A DNA stretch of 64,000 nucleotides, taken from NCBI GenBank assembly GCA_002104945.1, contig MCFH01000006.1:682001-746000 (forward strand). The letters are read 5' to 3'. The stretch's first letter is position 1. Every line of letters begins with the position of its first letter. Made by a program: the position numbers and the translations under genes. A model generated the notes under the pieces. That model worked only from the letters and a program-made list of their open reading frames with translations, was not told the DNA's origin and did not search any database. This document shows, piece by piece, positions 17,881-34,884 of the stretch. The stretch comes from Piromyces finnis finn (lineage: Eukaryota; Fungi; Neocallimastigomycota).

Positions 17881-18403
17881 TATATACGAAATTACTATAT
17901 AATGAGTATAACGATATATATGATATTAAAATAAAATATGTAATGGTAATAATATAAAACTATTATGTTAATACAAAAATTAGTATTATAATACATTAAA
18001 ATGATTTATTTAATAATTATATCCTTAATTACCTTACTATTTATATTTCAATAAGAAATAAAATACAATAATTAATAATAATTAAGTCTCCTTTTCTTAT
18101 ATATTTTTATTAGTTTAATGTACTTTAAATGTAAATAATAAAATAAATTATACTAATCATAATAGTAATTTTAACTTCATTATCATTGAAAATATTAAAA
18201 AAAATTTTTAAAAATAAAAAAAAAAATTAAATATTTTAAATACTTAGTTATTATTGGTTAATTTTTTTTAATTTTATTTTAATGGATTTACCAACATTTT
18301 TACATATATTTTCATATTATTTTTTAATACATTTTATAATATAAAACTTTCTATAAATTTTATTTTTTTTTTTTTAAATTAAACAGTTATATTTTTTTTT
18401 TTA

Positions 18404-19027
18404 TTAATCATAAATGATTTGATATAACGCAGCACCGGCAAATGCTAAAATAAAAATAAATAATAGCCATTAATTGATTGTTAATAAATATTAATATATT
18501 ATAAAAATAAATCAAATATAATATTTACCTAGGCCAAATGCACCAGCAAATCTGGATCTGAATAATACTTTTTTAGGACCAATTTCTTTAAGTAATTCTT
18601 TTGAATTTTTTATAGAATAACTTTGGTAAAATAAATATGATGATATTCCAAGTGTGGTTGCAACACTGGTTACTTTACATGAAAAACATGAATCATCTAT
18701 TATAGTAGATTTTGGTTGTTTATAGTTTTGTAAAGTTAATTGGGGAAAATCTAATTCAGATGCAGTGAATTTCTTATTTAAATCATAGTCTTTAATTTTA
18801 CTTTTAAATTCTTTTAAATCATAATTTTTTAATTGTTCATAATATTGTTTTCTTAAATTATTATATAATTCTCTTTTTTCTTTTGATTTTGAATCTTTAA
18901 AAAAATTATTTTCATCATTACTACTACTAATATAATAATTTGAAATCGGATTTAAATTTTCTACAATTCCATTATAATTCTTAGCAGTTTTGTTATCATT
19001 ACTTTTTTGGTTTCTTTTTAAAAACAT
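18404..19027 (-). CDS. DUF4536 (DMAC1/TMEM261-like) small membrane protein, 2 exons
   Basis: SCFSCKVTSVATTLGISSYLFY (CxxC followed by a hydrophobic helix). The second helix RFAGAFGL|AFAGAALYQIIYD is completed by a short exon ending at TAA 18404-18406. Confidence 0.6.
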
Positions 19028-19708
19028 ACCTATAACATTTACTAAAAATATTATTAAAAATCAATTTTATTGTATTTTACTTTATTAAATAATAACTTAT
19101 TTCATAATGTATTAAAATTGTAATTTTTCGTACGAATAAAAATTAAACAAATCTGTATATTAAAAGTTTCCAAATTTTATATATAAATTGTTGATTTAAT
19201 TTATTTACAATATATTTCAATTTATTTATTTAATATATCAAAACGTTTTTATATTAAAAAAAAAAAATACAGAGAAATAATTTTTTAGAAACTTTAAATA
19301 AAATTTGAAAAATTGTTCTTATTATTTCTTTTATAATCTTTTAAAAAGTTTTATATTAAATATTCAATAAAGTGTAAGTAATTACTATATGAATATAAAA
19401 ATAATGATAATGATAATAATAAGTATGAATATTTATTATTTCTTTAAAACTAAATTCTCTTTCATAAAATTAAATTTATAAATTTTAAAAATTCTGGTGT
19501 ATATATTTATATTATATGTGATACTTGATAATACTAATGAAAATGAAAACAAACAAATAATAATAACAAATTTAATAAATAATAAAATAAAACAAAAATA
19601 AAATAACTATATTATAAAAATAATTAATCAAAATAAAATAATTACAATTATTTAATTTTATACAGAAAATTATTCGAACCTTTATAATCTAAATATTAGA
19701 TATATAAA

Positions 19709-21636
19709 ATGTCTATTATAGTAAAGTGGAATAAAAAAAAATATAGCATAAAATTTCCTTTAGATACTATTAAAGAAGGATATTGGACTGATTATGTTAC
19801 TCTTTATGATTTAAAAAGAAGATGTAATGAAATTACAAGCGTTCCTGTTGAACGTATGAGATTATTATATCAAGGAGGTAATATATAAATTATCTATAAA
19901 GGACAGTAATAACTTTTATGGATGTTAATTAGGATAAAAAAAATGTGTGTAATATTATAAATTAAAATTATTTAGATCCAATATAATAAAAAGATACAAA
20001 TTTAAATAATAATGAATTTTTATTATTTTAAATTGATAATATAAAAATAAATATTAAGTATATTAACAGGAAATAATTAACATTTGATTTTCATATTGCA
20101 TACAATAAAAATAACATTTTCATTTATTAAATTACTTTAATTAATTTTTCAATTATTATTTGATAATAAAAATTATTCAAATAACATGAAATCTAAAATC
20201 AATGTATTTTATAAATTATAAATAGATTTTTAATTTATAAAAGTAGAATGAATTTAAAAAATTTAGTAAATAATAAAGTAATATAATATAATATATTTAT
20301 AATAACAAAAAGGAATAATAGAGTAAAATTAAATTAAATGAATCAATGGAAATGTGTACTCTATTATATTTAACTAATTTAAATGAATTAATGAAAATGT
20401 GCATAATATTATAATTAAATATGTTTTCTAAGTATTAATATTATTATTATATATATTTCCTTTAGCAACATTGAAAAATAACAATGCAACCTTAACAAAT
20501 TTTGGAATAAAAAGTGGTTCGGTCATTATGTTAATGGGAAATGTAAAATATAATGAAAACAATATTTATAAATTAATGTTTATAAAATAATAATCATACT
20601 AAAATAAAAAATCAAAAATTTATTTTATTAAAATTATAATGATAAGGCTGAAGTAAAATCATCAAATCAAGAACAAGATGAACAATCAAAAAATAATAAT
20701 TCAATTCCTATGCCAACACCTTCTAATACTTACCCACAAAATTATCAAGAACCTCCACAAAGTTTTCAACCACAAGATCCAGGATTTCATCCACCACGTC
20801 CACAAGGATATCCTTGTTATCCTCCACAACCAGGATATGGTTATCCACAACCAGGATATGGTTATCCACAACCAGGGTACGGTTATCCACAGCAACCATA
20901 TGGTTATGGTTATCCTCCACCACCACCACCACATAATCCATATGGACAACATAATCCTGCAGTACCAAATCCAGCATTTCTTTCTTCACCAACTCAAAAT
21001 CAATCACAAACAATAAGAAACCCTATTAATCCAAATGGAGATTATACTAATAATCCATTCTATCCACCTAATCCAAATCCATATGCTCCTCCACCAAATT
21101 CATACGCTCCTCCACCAAACTCATATGTTCCTCAACAACAAGAATATTATAATCAACAAGGCAAACCATCTGCCCCTCCACACCAAGGACCAGAAAATAC
21201 ACCAAATAATTCACAATCATCTTATCCTAATCAAAATCAATCATCTAATACCCCAGACTCTACTTCACCCGTACCACCACAAAATACATCAAAAATGTCA
21301 AAAGAAGAATTAAAAAAACAAGCTCAAGAACAACCAATTCTTTTCCTTGATAATTGTATAAATGAAACTCGTGGAGAATTAGAACCATTAGTTAAATTAT
21401 ATGCCGATAAAGTAAATCACCATCAAAGGGGTATGCCAATGACAAAAGATATAGAGCAAACCTACTTAAGAGCTTCTGAACTCTTAATGCAAAAATTATT
21501 ATTAGTAGATCAAGTTATGGCTGGTCAAAATGAAGAAATTAGGACAAAACGTAAAACAGCTGTAAAATTAATTCAAGGTTTAATTGATAAATTAGATGAA
21601 AGTAAAACAGAATTAAAACAAAAAATTGGAAAATAA
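19709..21636 (+). CDS. BAG-family Hsp70 co-chaperone: N-terminal ubiquitin-like domain, P/Q/Y-rich linker, C-terminal BAG domain; 3 exons
   Basis: Exon 1 MSIIVKWNKKKY...VPVERMRLLYQG and exon 2 ATLKNNNATLTNFGIKSGSVIMLMG form the UBL fold signature. C-terminal ASELLMQKLLLVDQV...IRTKRKTAVKLIQGLIDKLD is the BAG signature. Confidence 0.88.
20824..20886 (+). repeat. Coding 21-bp tandem repeat x3 (PQPGYGY)
   Basis: ccacaaccaggatatggttat twice, then a synonymous variant ccacaaccagggtacggttat. Confidence 0.9.
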
Positions 21637-24600
21637 ATTTAAATATGATAGAACAAAGATATTAATAATATTATTAATATAATTCATTATAAAATAAGAA
21701 ATAAAAAATATATTAACGTTTTTATAAAATATAATTTATAAAATAATATTTTTTTAAACCATTTAAAATATTAATATATATTCTATATTCTTCTAAATAT
21801 GTATTAAATATTTTATATATAACAAATAATTAACATAAATCTATTAAGAATAATTAAATTAGATTATTCTATAAACATAACCATATTTATTATTACTTTT
21901 TTTTTAAAAAAAAAAAAAAAAATTGAATTATTAGCTATTTTATATTTAATTAAAGTTCAAATGTACTATTTGTTTTAAAACACTATAAAAATAAGAAATA
22001 TATTTTATAAAATTTCCAAGCATCATGTAAGTTTATTAATTTTTTTTTATTTATTTTATTAATGCCTAAAAATAGAATAATATATATTTTTTAATTAAAA
22101 AATAAAAAAAAAAAAAAAATAGCCATATTTTAAACTTAAAATAATTAATATCTTTACTTCTCCAGTTTATTTGTATATATTTTATATTAAATAAATTGAC
22201 TAAAACCTTTAATTTTTGAACTTTTTCCAAATTATTAAACTTTTTTTTAAACTATATTAAATAAAAAACTTTTTTTTTTTTTTAAATCATTTGACTTTTA
22301 AAAAAATTTTCTATTAAGATAAAAAAAAAAAAAAAAAAAACAAGTAACAGAGCCATTTTAAAATCAATAAAAAATGAATCCTATCTTAATGATATAAAAA
22401 ACTTTTTCCTTTTAATAAATATGTATTAAAATATCTACATATACATATTACATAATTTTTTGTTTTGAAATCATAATTTACAACCCAAAATAGAAATTAT
22501 TTTTGATTACACTTGTTTTTTTATTTTATATATTTTATTTATATTTATTCCATTTTTATTAATACTTTTATAATAAATAATCCATTAATCTATAATAATC
22601 ATCTTTATTTAAGTTTCTTTTATATATATTAAAATTTTAAATTTTAAATTTTAATTAAAAAGATAAGTGGGGAAAAAATTACCAATAATATAAACATTAT
22701 ATGCCACACTGCATTAATAACTATATATTTTCTATGATAAATTTTCAAATAAATTACCAAATAAAAATTTCTTTGACGATTGCCGTTTACTAATCATTTT
22801 TATCTTTTGCTATAAGATATTAAAAATACTTCATGACTTTTTTCATAATATAATAATTTACATAATTAACATATGTTTATATATATATATATATCATAAT
22901 TAAATAATTAATAAGAGACATCAAAATAATATTATACTTTTTGAAAAATTAATTAAACTATGCATATAATTAATTAAAATTCTAAAAAAAAGTATAATTT
23001 TTATAGTATTAATTTTATTTCTTATAATGTAAGATTTTTTTTTAAAAAAAAAAATATGTTAATATATTTTTATACCAAGTATTATAATAATTAATATTAT
23101 TATTTTCGACATGAAAAGCATAGTTGTTCATTAAAACTATGCTTATTTCATGAAAGAATACTTCTTGGTTTTTAAATAGAAGTCTTAATAAAATTATACT
23201 AATTAAATTATATATTCTTATCATATTTTATCGATTCACATTTTTACTCGATATTGTTTTATATACATATTTTTATTTAATTTTTTTAAAATCAGCATAT
23301 ATAATCAAATTAGTATACATATATTTTTGATCTTGCATAATTTCAAATGGTTTAACAAACATTAAAAAAACAAAAAACAAAAAACTTTTTCATAAATATT
23401 TGCTTTTATTTATTTATAATAACAACATTTTGATTGATTTATTTTCATACATATTTCTACCAAAGACAATTGAATTGAATTGTTATTAGTTATTTGTTTT
23501 ATTACAAAGTTAAAATTTAATATAAAAAAATTAATCTAATGCATGTCAAAATTTTAATTTATTAACTTTATTTAATTCTTTAAAGTATTAAAGAAAATAA
23601 AGAATTAATATTTTTTAAAGATTCTATTACCTACTAACTATATAATACGTTGTAATTACTTTTCATTATTATTCCTGAAATTATTTTATTCAAAAATATG
23701 AATAATAAAAATTAAAGTTTTATTAATTATTCTTATCTCTTCTAACAGTAAAAAATAAAAAAAAAGTTTAATTAAAAAAAATTTCAATTAGGTTTATTTT
23801 ATTCCATAGGAAATTAAATAATTATTAGTATATAAATGATAATACTGATAATTTTATTGAAAATAAAGTATATAAGTTAACTTTTTAAATATATAAAAAA
23901 GAGTTATTTTTAATATCTACCAAAATGATAATAAAAAAAATGATGAAGAAAAAAATAACAACATTAGAAAATTTCACATATATATTCATTATATTTCAAA
24001 ATTAAATTTAAATAGTGTTAAATTTGGTAGTTTTGTTTTTTTGTAATTTAAAAACATAAAAAATAATGTAGGTTGAATAAAAACAATATATGTAGTCTTA
24101 ATTACTTTTATTATTCTATGTTAAGCAAATATATAAAATATTTTTAAAAATAAAATATTCTTAAGTAAAGAATAAAAGAATTATAAAGTTTACCAAATTG
24201 GTTAAGCTATAGTAGCAATTAGCAATATAATATTTAAATAAAAATATTTATTTATAATTTATAAAGTAAAAATAATATATTGATTAGAATTTACTTAATT
24301 TATATTAAAATATATTTAATATATTATTTTACTTTTGTTGTTTGTTTTTATAAGTTTTAAAATTACATTTTATAATTAATAATCCTCATATATATTAATA
24401 TATATTAGAATATATATTAACAATTTACTGCTTAATACTGTATATATATTATATATTATTTTATAAATGAATTTCTAAATTTGAAAAAAGAAAAAAAATA
24501 TATATAATTTTTAATATATAATATATAATAATCCTTTTATTTTCCCATAATTAAATAATTAAATTTATATTATTCTTTGTTCCATATATAAACCTTTGAA

Positions 24601-25187
24601 TGAATATATAAAATTCATTTTGACATCAATAATTATTCAAAAATTAATCTGTAAATAAAGTAAGAAAAACATTTACTTCTTCCCTTTAATATTATTGTTA
24701 TCATTATCATTCATTATGGAAGCAATTTAATATGCTATTTTTTAATTGTTTGGTAAAAAGAAATTTGGATTTAAAATGTTGTGTTGATTTTATTATTAAT
24801 AAATTCTAAAATGGTCTATAGTTAAAATATAAAAGATTAAATAATAATTCTATATAAGAGAAGATATCTATAAATTAGAAATATATTATAAATTATATAT
24901 TTATTTTAATTTAGTAGTTGTAATTGTGAAAACTTTACGAAAATCAATATCAAAACTAAAAAAAAAAAAAATAATAATAATAATAAAAATAAAAATAAAA
25001 GAAAATATATTTTACAGTATAGAAATTTTATAATAATAAATTGGACAAATTATAATAGTATAATTTATTTTTTTAAATTAATATATATAAAAGATATATT
25101 TATTAACTAAGAATATGTATTTAAAATTTATTTTAATATTTATTACAATAAATATAGTTTTTAACAAAAAAAAAAAAAAAAAGAAAA

Positions 25188-26349
25188 ATGACAAAAGAAA
25201 CATATCAACTTAAAGGAAAATGTTATGGTACTGATGCAAATCCAAATTCTGGATGGATTAATCATAAAGGTATGTATAAAAGTTTATCTTAAAAAAACTT
25301 ATTTTAAATTCAAAATTTAATATAAAATAAAAACTAATTAAAATAATTACACATTATATTTTGTACTTCAATTATAAATAAACAAACAAATAAAAATATT
25401 AGGAATGTGGATTACAAATATTATAATTATTGTTATATTAAAGACAGCTTTTACTATTATTCCAGGAATATCCCCAGAAATTTCTTGGACATTAACAAAT
25501 GTTGTATATAATTTGGTAAATATATTTTATTTAAATTGTTCATAAATTTAAGTAATATATAAAAATGATTAAAAATGATAAAATTTTAAAATATTAAAAA
25601 TTTCAAAAGTAGTTTTACAAGATAATTGCTTATTTTTTGATTCATAGTATAAATAAAGTTATATATTATGCATTATATAATAAAATACATAAATATATAA
25701 TAGAACATATTAGTAAAATAATTATACAATATAGACAATAGAAACATTTAAACTAGTTTTTTTTTTTTTATTAAATAATTGTTAATAATTATTATATCAA
25801 TAATAATAATAATAATAATAATAAATAATGTTAAAAATACAAATAATTTTTTTAAAAAACATATTATATATATAAAAACTGTATATTCATCATCATTGTT
25901 TTTTAATATTAATGCAATATAGGGTTCCCTTTTCTTTTTCCATTGGGTTATGGGTACACCATTCGAATTAAATCAAGGTGAAGAATTCGGTGGATTAACA
26001 CTCTGGGAACAAATGGATGATAGATCAGAATTTACACCAACAAAGAAATATTTAACTGCTGTACCAGTCGTTTTGTAAGGATTAAGAATTAATAAGTTAT
26101 AATTACTAAAATAATGAATATATCTAATACTAATTCTGAAACATTTGTTTTTTTATTTATTTATTTTAAATAAATACGTGAATGCTTAATAATTAAAGAT
26201 TCCTTATTAGTTCATTCCAAACAAAATATGATCTTACACAATTTATCATAAATTTTGCATCATTGGTAATAATTTTAATTGCAAGATTACCTTTTATGCA
26301 TGAAGTCAGAATTTTTGGTATTAATAAGCGTTACAGCGATGAAGAATAA
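25188..26349 (+). CDS. ORM1: ORM1/ORMDL sphingolipid-synthesis (SPT) regulator, 4 exons
   Basis: DANPNSGWINHKGMW, SWTLTNVVYN, FFHWVMGTPFE, LTLWEQMD...FTPTKKYLTAVPVVLFLISS, RLPFMHEVRIFGINK; splice phases consistent. Confidence 0.93.
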
Positions 26350-26400
26350 AGAAGAAATACATAACAACTATTATAATTTTCCAGTATCCATATCATAGTA

Positions 26401-26437
<37 letters not shown>

Positions 26438-27797
26438 AAAAGCAAAAAAAAAAAAAAAAAAACAATCGTAATAATAAATAATAATTAATATAATTCTATA
26501 TACAATCATAACATTATTCAAATAAAAATTAATTTTATAATAAAATAAATAAATAAAAAGGAACATATTTGATGCTCATTTTCATTCATAAATAAATAAA
26601 TAAATGAATAATTCGACTCTCTATTTCAATAATATTAAATAATTCTAATATCAAAATTAATAAATTTTTTTTAAAAAAAAAAAAAAAAAGAAAGGAAAAA
26701 AAAAAATAGTACATAAGAGTGAACCGCCGGTGACATAGAAAATATAAATTAAATTATTATTAAAAAAAAAAAAAAAAAAAAAAAGATGATAATTAAGATT
26801 AAATATTGATAAAGGTGACTGCAATTTGTTAAAAGAATGAATAATATATTAAATGAAAGATGAATAATTTAAATATAAGCAAGTCATACTTTTGTTAAAT
26901 TTATTCAAATGATTTTAAAGTAAAAGAAAAAATAAGATATCAAATGGTTTATAATTTGTAAATAATTAGCTATATTGTATATATTTTTATTACTTAATGA
27001 AAAATTCATTTCTTAGATTCGAGAAAAAAAAAAGGAGAAAAAAAACTATTTTTTTTTTTTTTATCTTATTTATCTTATTATAAATTTGTAATTTATATAG
27101 AAGTGTAAATTGTAAATCTACTACATAAAATTAATAAAAATAGCTGAAGAAAATAAAATTTTTATTTTCATTCGTATTTACAATTAATACAAAAATAAAT
27201 TAATAAATAAATATAAAAAACATTTTTGTAATTCTAGTGTAAACAAAAATAAAACTAAAATGATACACTTGAAATAATTTAAGTGTTATTAATGAAGTGG
27301 AAATATTATATAAAAATACTATAATTATAATTTTTTATATAATTAATGTTACACATAAAATTAATATAGGTTACACAGATCCTAATTTTTAAATTTTCAC
27401 TTTAGGAAAAAAAATTGTTCCAAAACAATTTAATCACTGAAAGTGTAAAATTAATTATATTATACATTATTATAAATGTTAAAAATATCCATAGTTACTA
27501 AAAAAAAAAAAAAAAATAAATATTCAAAAACAATAATATAAAAATATTACTTGAATTTATTTCTTTTTTAGATATATTAGATATTAGATATTAGTACATT
27601 AAAAAAAAAAAATACATTGTATATATTCTATTTTCATAATTTTTTTTATATTTTTAATTTTAAAAATCTATATAAAATATTACAATAAGGATTAAGTATT
27701 GTTATACTATAGATTCTTCTATAATATAAAATTCTTTTTAAGAAATATAAAAGTTTAATTAAAAATAGTAAATTAATAACTCTAGTATTGTAAAAAT

Positions 27798-30424
<2,627 letters not shown>

Positions 30425-32536
30425 TTTTAAATATTTTTATAATGAATATTTCTTCTAAATTTGTGTCTATATAATAAAGATTTTAAATATATATATATAT
30501 ATATATTTTTTTTTCTTAAAAATAGCTTTATATCCAAAAATTACAATAATTTCTCCTTTTTTTCTTCTTAGTTCTATATATTTAATTTATTTTATTATTG
30601 TTAAATAATAATATAAATAATTATTTATTTAAAAAAAGAAAGTTTATTAATAACAATATAATAAATATAAATAAGAAGAAAGAATAATCAATTAGATATT
30701 CTGATGTTTATAAAGTATTTAAAGATTTGCTTTTTCTTTATATCTCCTCTATTTTAATATTTTCATATTTCATATTATTTAATATATCATTGTTTAACAT
30801 ATACACTTAAAAATTTGATTTTTTCCTTCTATTTTATAATAAAAGTTATAAAATAATTGAAAATATTTATTACATTTTACAAAGTCTCGATTAACTATTG
30901 ACTTTATACTTATTTACTTATTTTTTATATGGATCTTACTTTCATATATTATAAAATAATAAAAAATAAAAAAAAAAATTTAATAACAAACCTATTTAAT
31001 TTAGAAGAAAAAGAATAAGTGAAATAACTTTAACCGATTAATAATTAAAAATATGTCAAGAATATTAATTAGGAATAAAAATAAATTAATGTAATGAAGA
31101 AATTATATATTATATTTAATACTGATTAATTCATAAAATATTTAGATATTGAAAATAATTATAGCAATTACTAGAATTTTTAAAGCTAAACTTAAATACT
31201 TATCATTCTATTTTTATAATATAAATAAAGTTTAGTATAATTAACTTACCATCAAACTCAATTATTAAAAAAAATATAAATATCTACTAAATGAAAACTA
31301 TACTATAAAATAGGATTTATCAAAAATATTATTAGACAAAGAGACATATATCATCTAAATATATATATTTGTAATAAAAATAAGTTTGTTAATTTATTTG
31401 TATTTAAAATAACTAAGAAATAAAAATTTTATAAAAATTACCATTTCATATTTTTCTACTTTTTTTTTTAATTATCTATTACTTTTATTAAAATATTTTA
31501 GTATTTATTAGAGATATATATAATTATTTCTAATATCATTTTTTATTATATTCAAATTTTATAAAAGCTCATAAAACTTTGTATACTTATTACAAAAAGA
31601 GTAAAAAAAAAATTATGAAAGTTTTTTTTTTATATCTAAACATTTTTAATTTTTAATTTTTTTTTTACCATTTAAAACTATGAATTAAAGGATAAAATAG
31701 ATGTTTTTTATAACCAAAAAGAAAATATATATATAGATTTTTTATTTTATATTTTAGTTTTTTTTAATTCAACGAAATCACTGGATAAATAAAACATTTG
31801 TCCTAGAATATTTCAATATATTTATTCTATTAAAGTTGTGAATTTGCTAAAAATTTCTATTATATTTTACCAACTCAAAAAAGATTTAATTTATTTTTAA
31901 TAAATGATAAATGAATTCATTATTTTTTATTTTATTTCTTTTTTTTTTTTTTTTTTTTTTTCTGAAATTTTATAGTGAATAAGTTAATAATTTAATTTAT
32001 ATTAATAAATGTTTTTTAGTGTTCTGTCTATATTGATATAAATATTAAAATAAATAGCATATTTATATCAAATAAAATTTTAATAAATACCTAATATTAA
32101 GAATATTTCTACTACTTTAATATTATCAATACTACTACTACTACTACTACCTTTGCTATTATTATTCACGTTATTTTTTTTTTAATGTCATCAAATATTT
32201 TTAAACTTTATTATTATTAATTTAATTATAATTATGTTGCATGTAATAAAAAAATTAAAAAAATATGTTTAAATAAACACAAATGAATAAAAATTGGGCA
32301 TAATGTATTCTAGTAATTTCAATTAAAGTAAGAAAGCCACTATTATATTAAAGTATAATAATTGTATTTGACTTCCAATGGGACACCGAGCCAAAGATCA
32401 TAATTTTGTTCCATTGGAACAAAATTATGATCTCCATTGGTTGCGCTGGCCCTCCTGGCCTGTCTTACTGCTTCTTCAACATTGACGCTCTTGGCTGTTG
32501 TTTCAAACCTTTTGAACATTGACCATTGCTTGTCAA

Positions 32537-33444
32537 TAACTCTATTACTGGCAATAGCAATTCGGGTAGTGTATTCATAACTGCATCGAATACGAATAAT
32601 CCAGGTAATTCCTAAATTTAAGTGAGGTTTGTTGAGACCGATATGCATTAGGCGATTTGAATAAAGGAATTTGTTGTTAGTATATTTGAAGGCTTTACTT
32701 CCATTATTTATTTAGACTACTATTATTCCAATAGTATTCTCTAATATCTTTAGTACTTTTAATATTTATTTTCATAAGCTTCTTATGAAGTGAACAAGAT
32801 TCTTTGGCCCAGTAGTAATGAGACATGGGAGGAATAGATCGAACGAGATCTTTAATAATACAATTTGATTTTCTCCATTTAACAAAGCATTTCACTTGTT
32901 GTGCAACACAAATACTTGAAAGGGTAGGAATCTTCATATCTCTTGTAAGAGCATACAGACTAATAAATGAATTTCGTTCAAAAACAAAATCTTTGTTATT
33001 AAGACTTTTATTGTGAAAGCTATTAACACTCCATAAAACAGCAGTATTGAAATGAGATTGGACTCTTCTAATTCTATTTTTATTGGAACCAAGTAAAGGA
33101 GCATAATAAGAGACTTTGCTTAAAATATAGGAATGGATTACTATATTTTTTAAGCCAATAGAAACACAATTGTTAGTGAGGAAGCTCTTAAAAGAGAATA
33201 GAGATTTCTGAACATTTTTGTACATATTAGACAGAATAGGAGTCAGAGAGAGATCTTCGTCGAATGGGATTCCAAGATAGGTATAGCAAGAAACCTTTGG
33301 AATCGAGTACATACCGATGTAAAATGTTGGGTCAACATAACTAGGGGATCTATTAAAGTTGATAGGTTTAATAACAATGGTTGCACATTTATTTATTCCA
33401 AAAGTCATTTCATTTAAATTAGCCTAATCAAGGACTAGATTGAG

Positions 33445-33447
<3 letters not shown>
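32537..33447 (-). mobile_element. Older non-LTR retrotransposon (LINE) ORF2 fragment, host copy, 3' part; inactive
   Basis: Reads MLNLVLD*ANLNEMTFGINKC...YTYLGIPF (RT domains 6-7). It carries a TAG at 33424-33426, a 4-nt frameshifting insertion near 32706 relative to the younger copy, and breaks off before the CCHC knuckle. Confidence 0.88.
33434..33447. repeat. Target-site duplication, copy 1 (ACTAGATTGAGCAT)
   Basis: Identical 14-mer at 34804-34817; this copy abuts the poly(T). Confidence 0.9.
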
Positions 33448-33486
<39 letters not shown>

Positions 33487-34803
33487 CTAGGAAGAGAATA
33501 TACATCTTTTATTTATTTATTTAATTTGAGATATTACATAACATTATGTGATAATACATATTGATATTGATATAATAAATAATAAATAAAAATAATAAAA
33601 TATAAATAAAAATATAAATATAAAATAATAAAAAATAATTATTTAAGTTGCATAAAAGTTCAATGAACTCTGCAATTTGTACTGTGTGGGATTGGTCCCT
33701 ACCTAATAAATTAAATGAAATAAAAAAAGAAGTAACATCAGGTATGATAGTGTGGTGTCCACTAAACTCTCCCATGAGTTTATAATGTTTTCATTTGAAT
33801 TTGAGGAAATGCTAACATTGAACCCTGTGTACGGAACATTGGAAATGTTCCTTTGCCAAATCGGTACGACGTCGGCGCTCTTGATTACGTTAGGTGTCTT
33901 ACTAAACCTATCAAAAAGTAGCTTCATAGAGCTACTAATGATAGGGATTGTTTTAGTAAGAAAAGCCGCGAGACCCTCTACATATGGAACATGAGACCCC
34001 GATGAACTGTAAAGCTGTTCATTCAAATGTCTTTGTTCCGCCTTATCGATTTGTAGCTCATCATAAGCTAAAGTTCCACCAAGAAGGAACGTAAAAATAT
34101 AGTTATAAATTGTTTTTCTTACTTCCGTTTCGGGGAGTAAGTATGTGATGAATTGATTCTTATATTTATTGTAAAAAAGGGTAAAAAGATCGTCAAGAAA
34201 GCTAAGTGAAGAAGCTCTGTATTCAGAGAATGCAGAACATTCTAATATCCAATGGTAAAAAGATTGTTCGTCATATCCGCAACATGGACAGACACGAGGG
34301 CAGTCAGGAGTAACTCTATTACTGGCAATAGCAATTCGGGTAGTATTTTCATAATCGCATCGAATACGAATAATCCAGGTAATTCCTAAATTTAAATGAG
34401 GTTTGTTGAGACCGATATGCATTAGGCGATTTGAATTAAGGAATTTGTTGTTAGTATATCTGAGGGCTTTACTTCCATTATTAAGGCTACTATTATTCCA
34501 ATAATGTTCTCTAATATCTTTAGTACTTTTAATATTTATTTTCATAAGCTTCTTATGTAGTGAACAAGATTCTTTGGCCCAGTAGTAATGAGACATGGGA
34601 GGAATAGATCGAACGAGATCTTTAATAATACAATTTGATTTTCTCCATTTAACAAAGCATTTCACTTGTTGCGCAGCACAAATACCTGAAAGGGTAGGGA
34701 TCTTCATATCTCTTGTAAGAGCATACAGACTAATAAATGAATTTCGTTCAAAAACAAAATCTTTGTTATTAAAACTTTTATTGTGAAAGCTATTGACACT
34801 CTT
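33448..34803 (-). mobile_element. Younger 5'-truncated LINE copy with 3'UTR and poly(A) tail, inserted into the host copy
   Basis: ORF 33703..34707 contains CPCCGYDEQSFYHWILEC (C-x2-C-x8-H-x4-C knuckle). A 36-nt T run at 33448-33483 is the poly(A) tail on the minus strand. About 490 bp are shared with the host copy, with roughly 20 differences counted by eye. Confidence 0.9.
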
Positions 34804-34884
34804 ACTAGATTGAGCATCTTTTGAAGGTTCTTCTTGCTAGGAGCAATCAGAACAATGTCATCAGCGAAAAGGCCACCACAGCAG
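34804..34884 (-). mobile_element. 5' remnant of the host LINE including the RT catalytic motif; its first 14 bp are TSD copy 2
   Basis: Minus strand reads CCGGLFADDIVLIAPSKKNLQKMLNL, continuing in frame into the host part at 33433 once the insertion and one TSD are removed. Confidence 0.88.

Noticed and set aside
19269-19275. U6-like ACAGAGA box
   Set aside because: No other U6 sequence flanks it.
23110-23152. Bulged hairpin CATGAAAAGCATAGTT…AACTATGCTTATTTCATG in a long intergenic region
   Set aside because: Isolated; no snoRNA boxes or transposon termini nearby.
26717-26734. GC-rich island GAGTGAACCGCCGGTGAC between convergent genes
   Set aside because: Single short motif with no structure or repeat to support a function.
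32537-34803. RIP-like directional C-to-T mutation of the LINE copies
   Set aside because: Differences between the two copies run in both directions, include transversions and are often synonymous.
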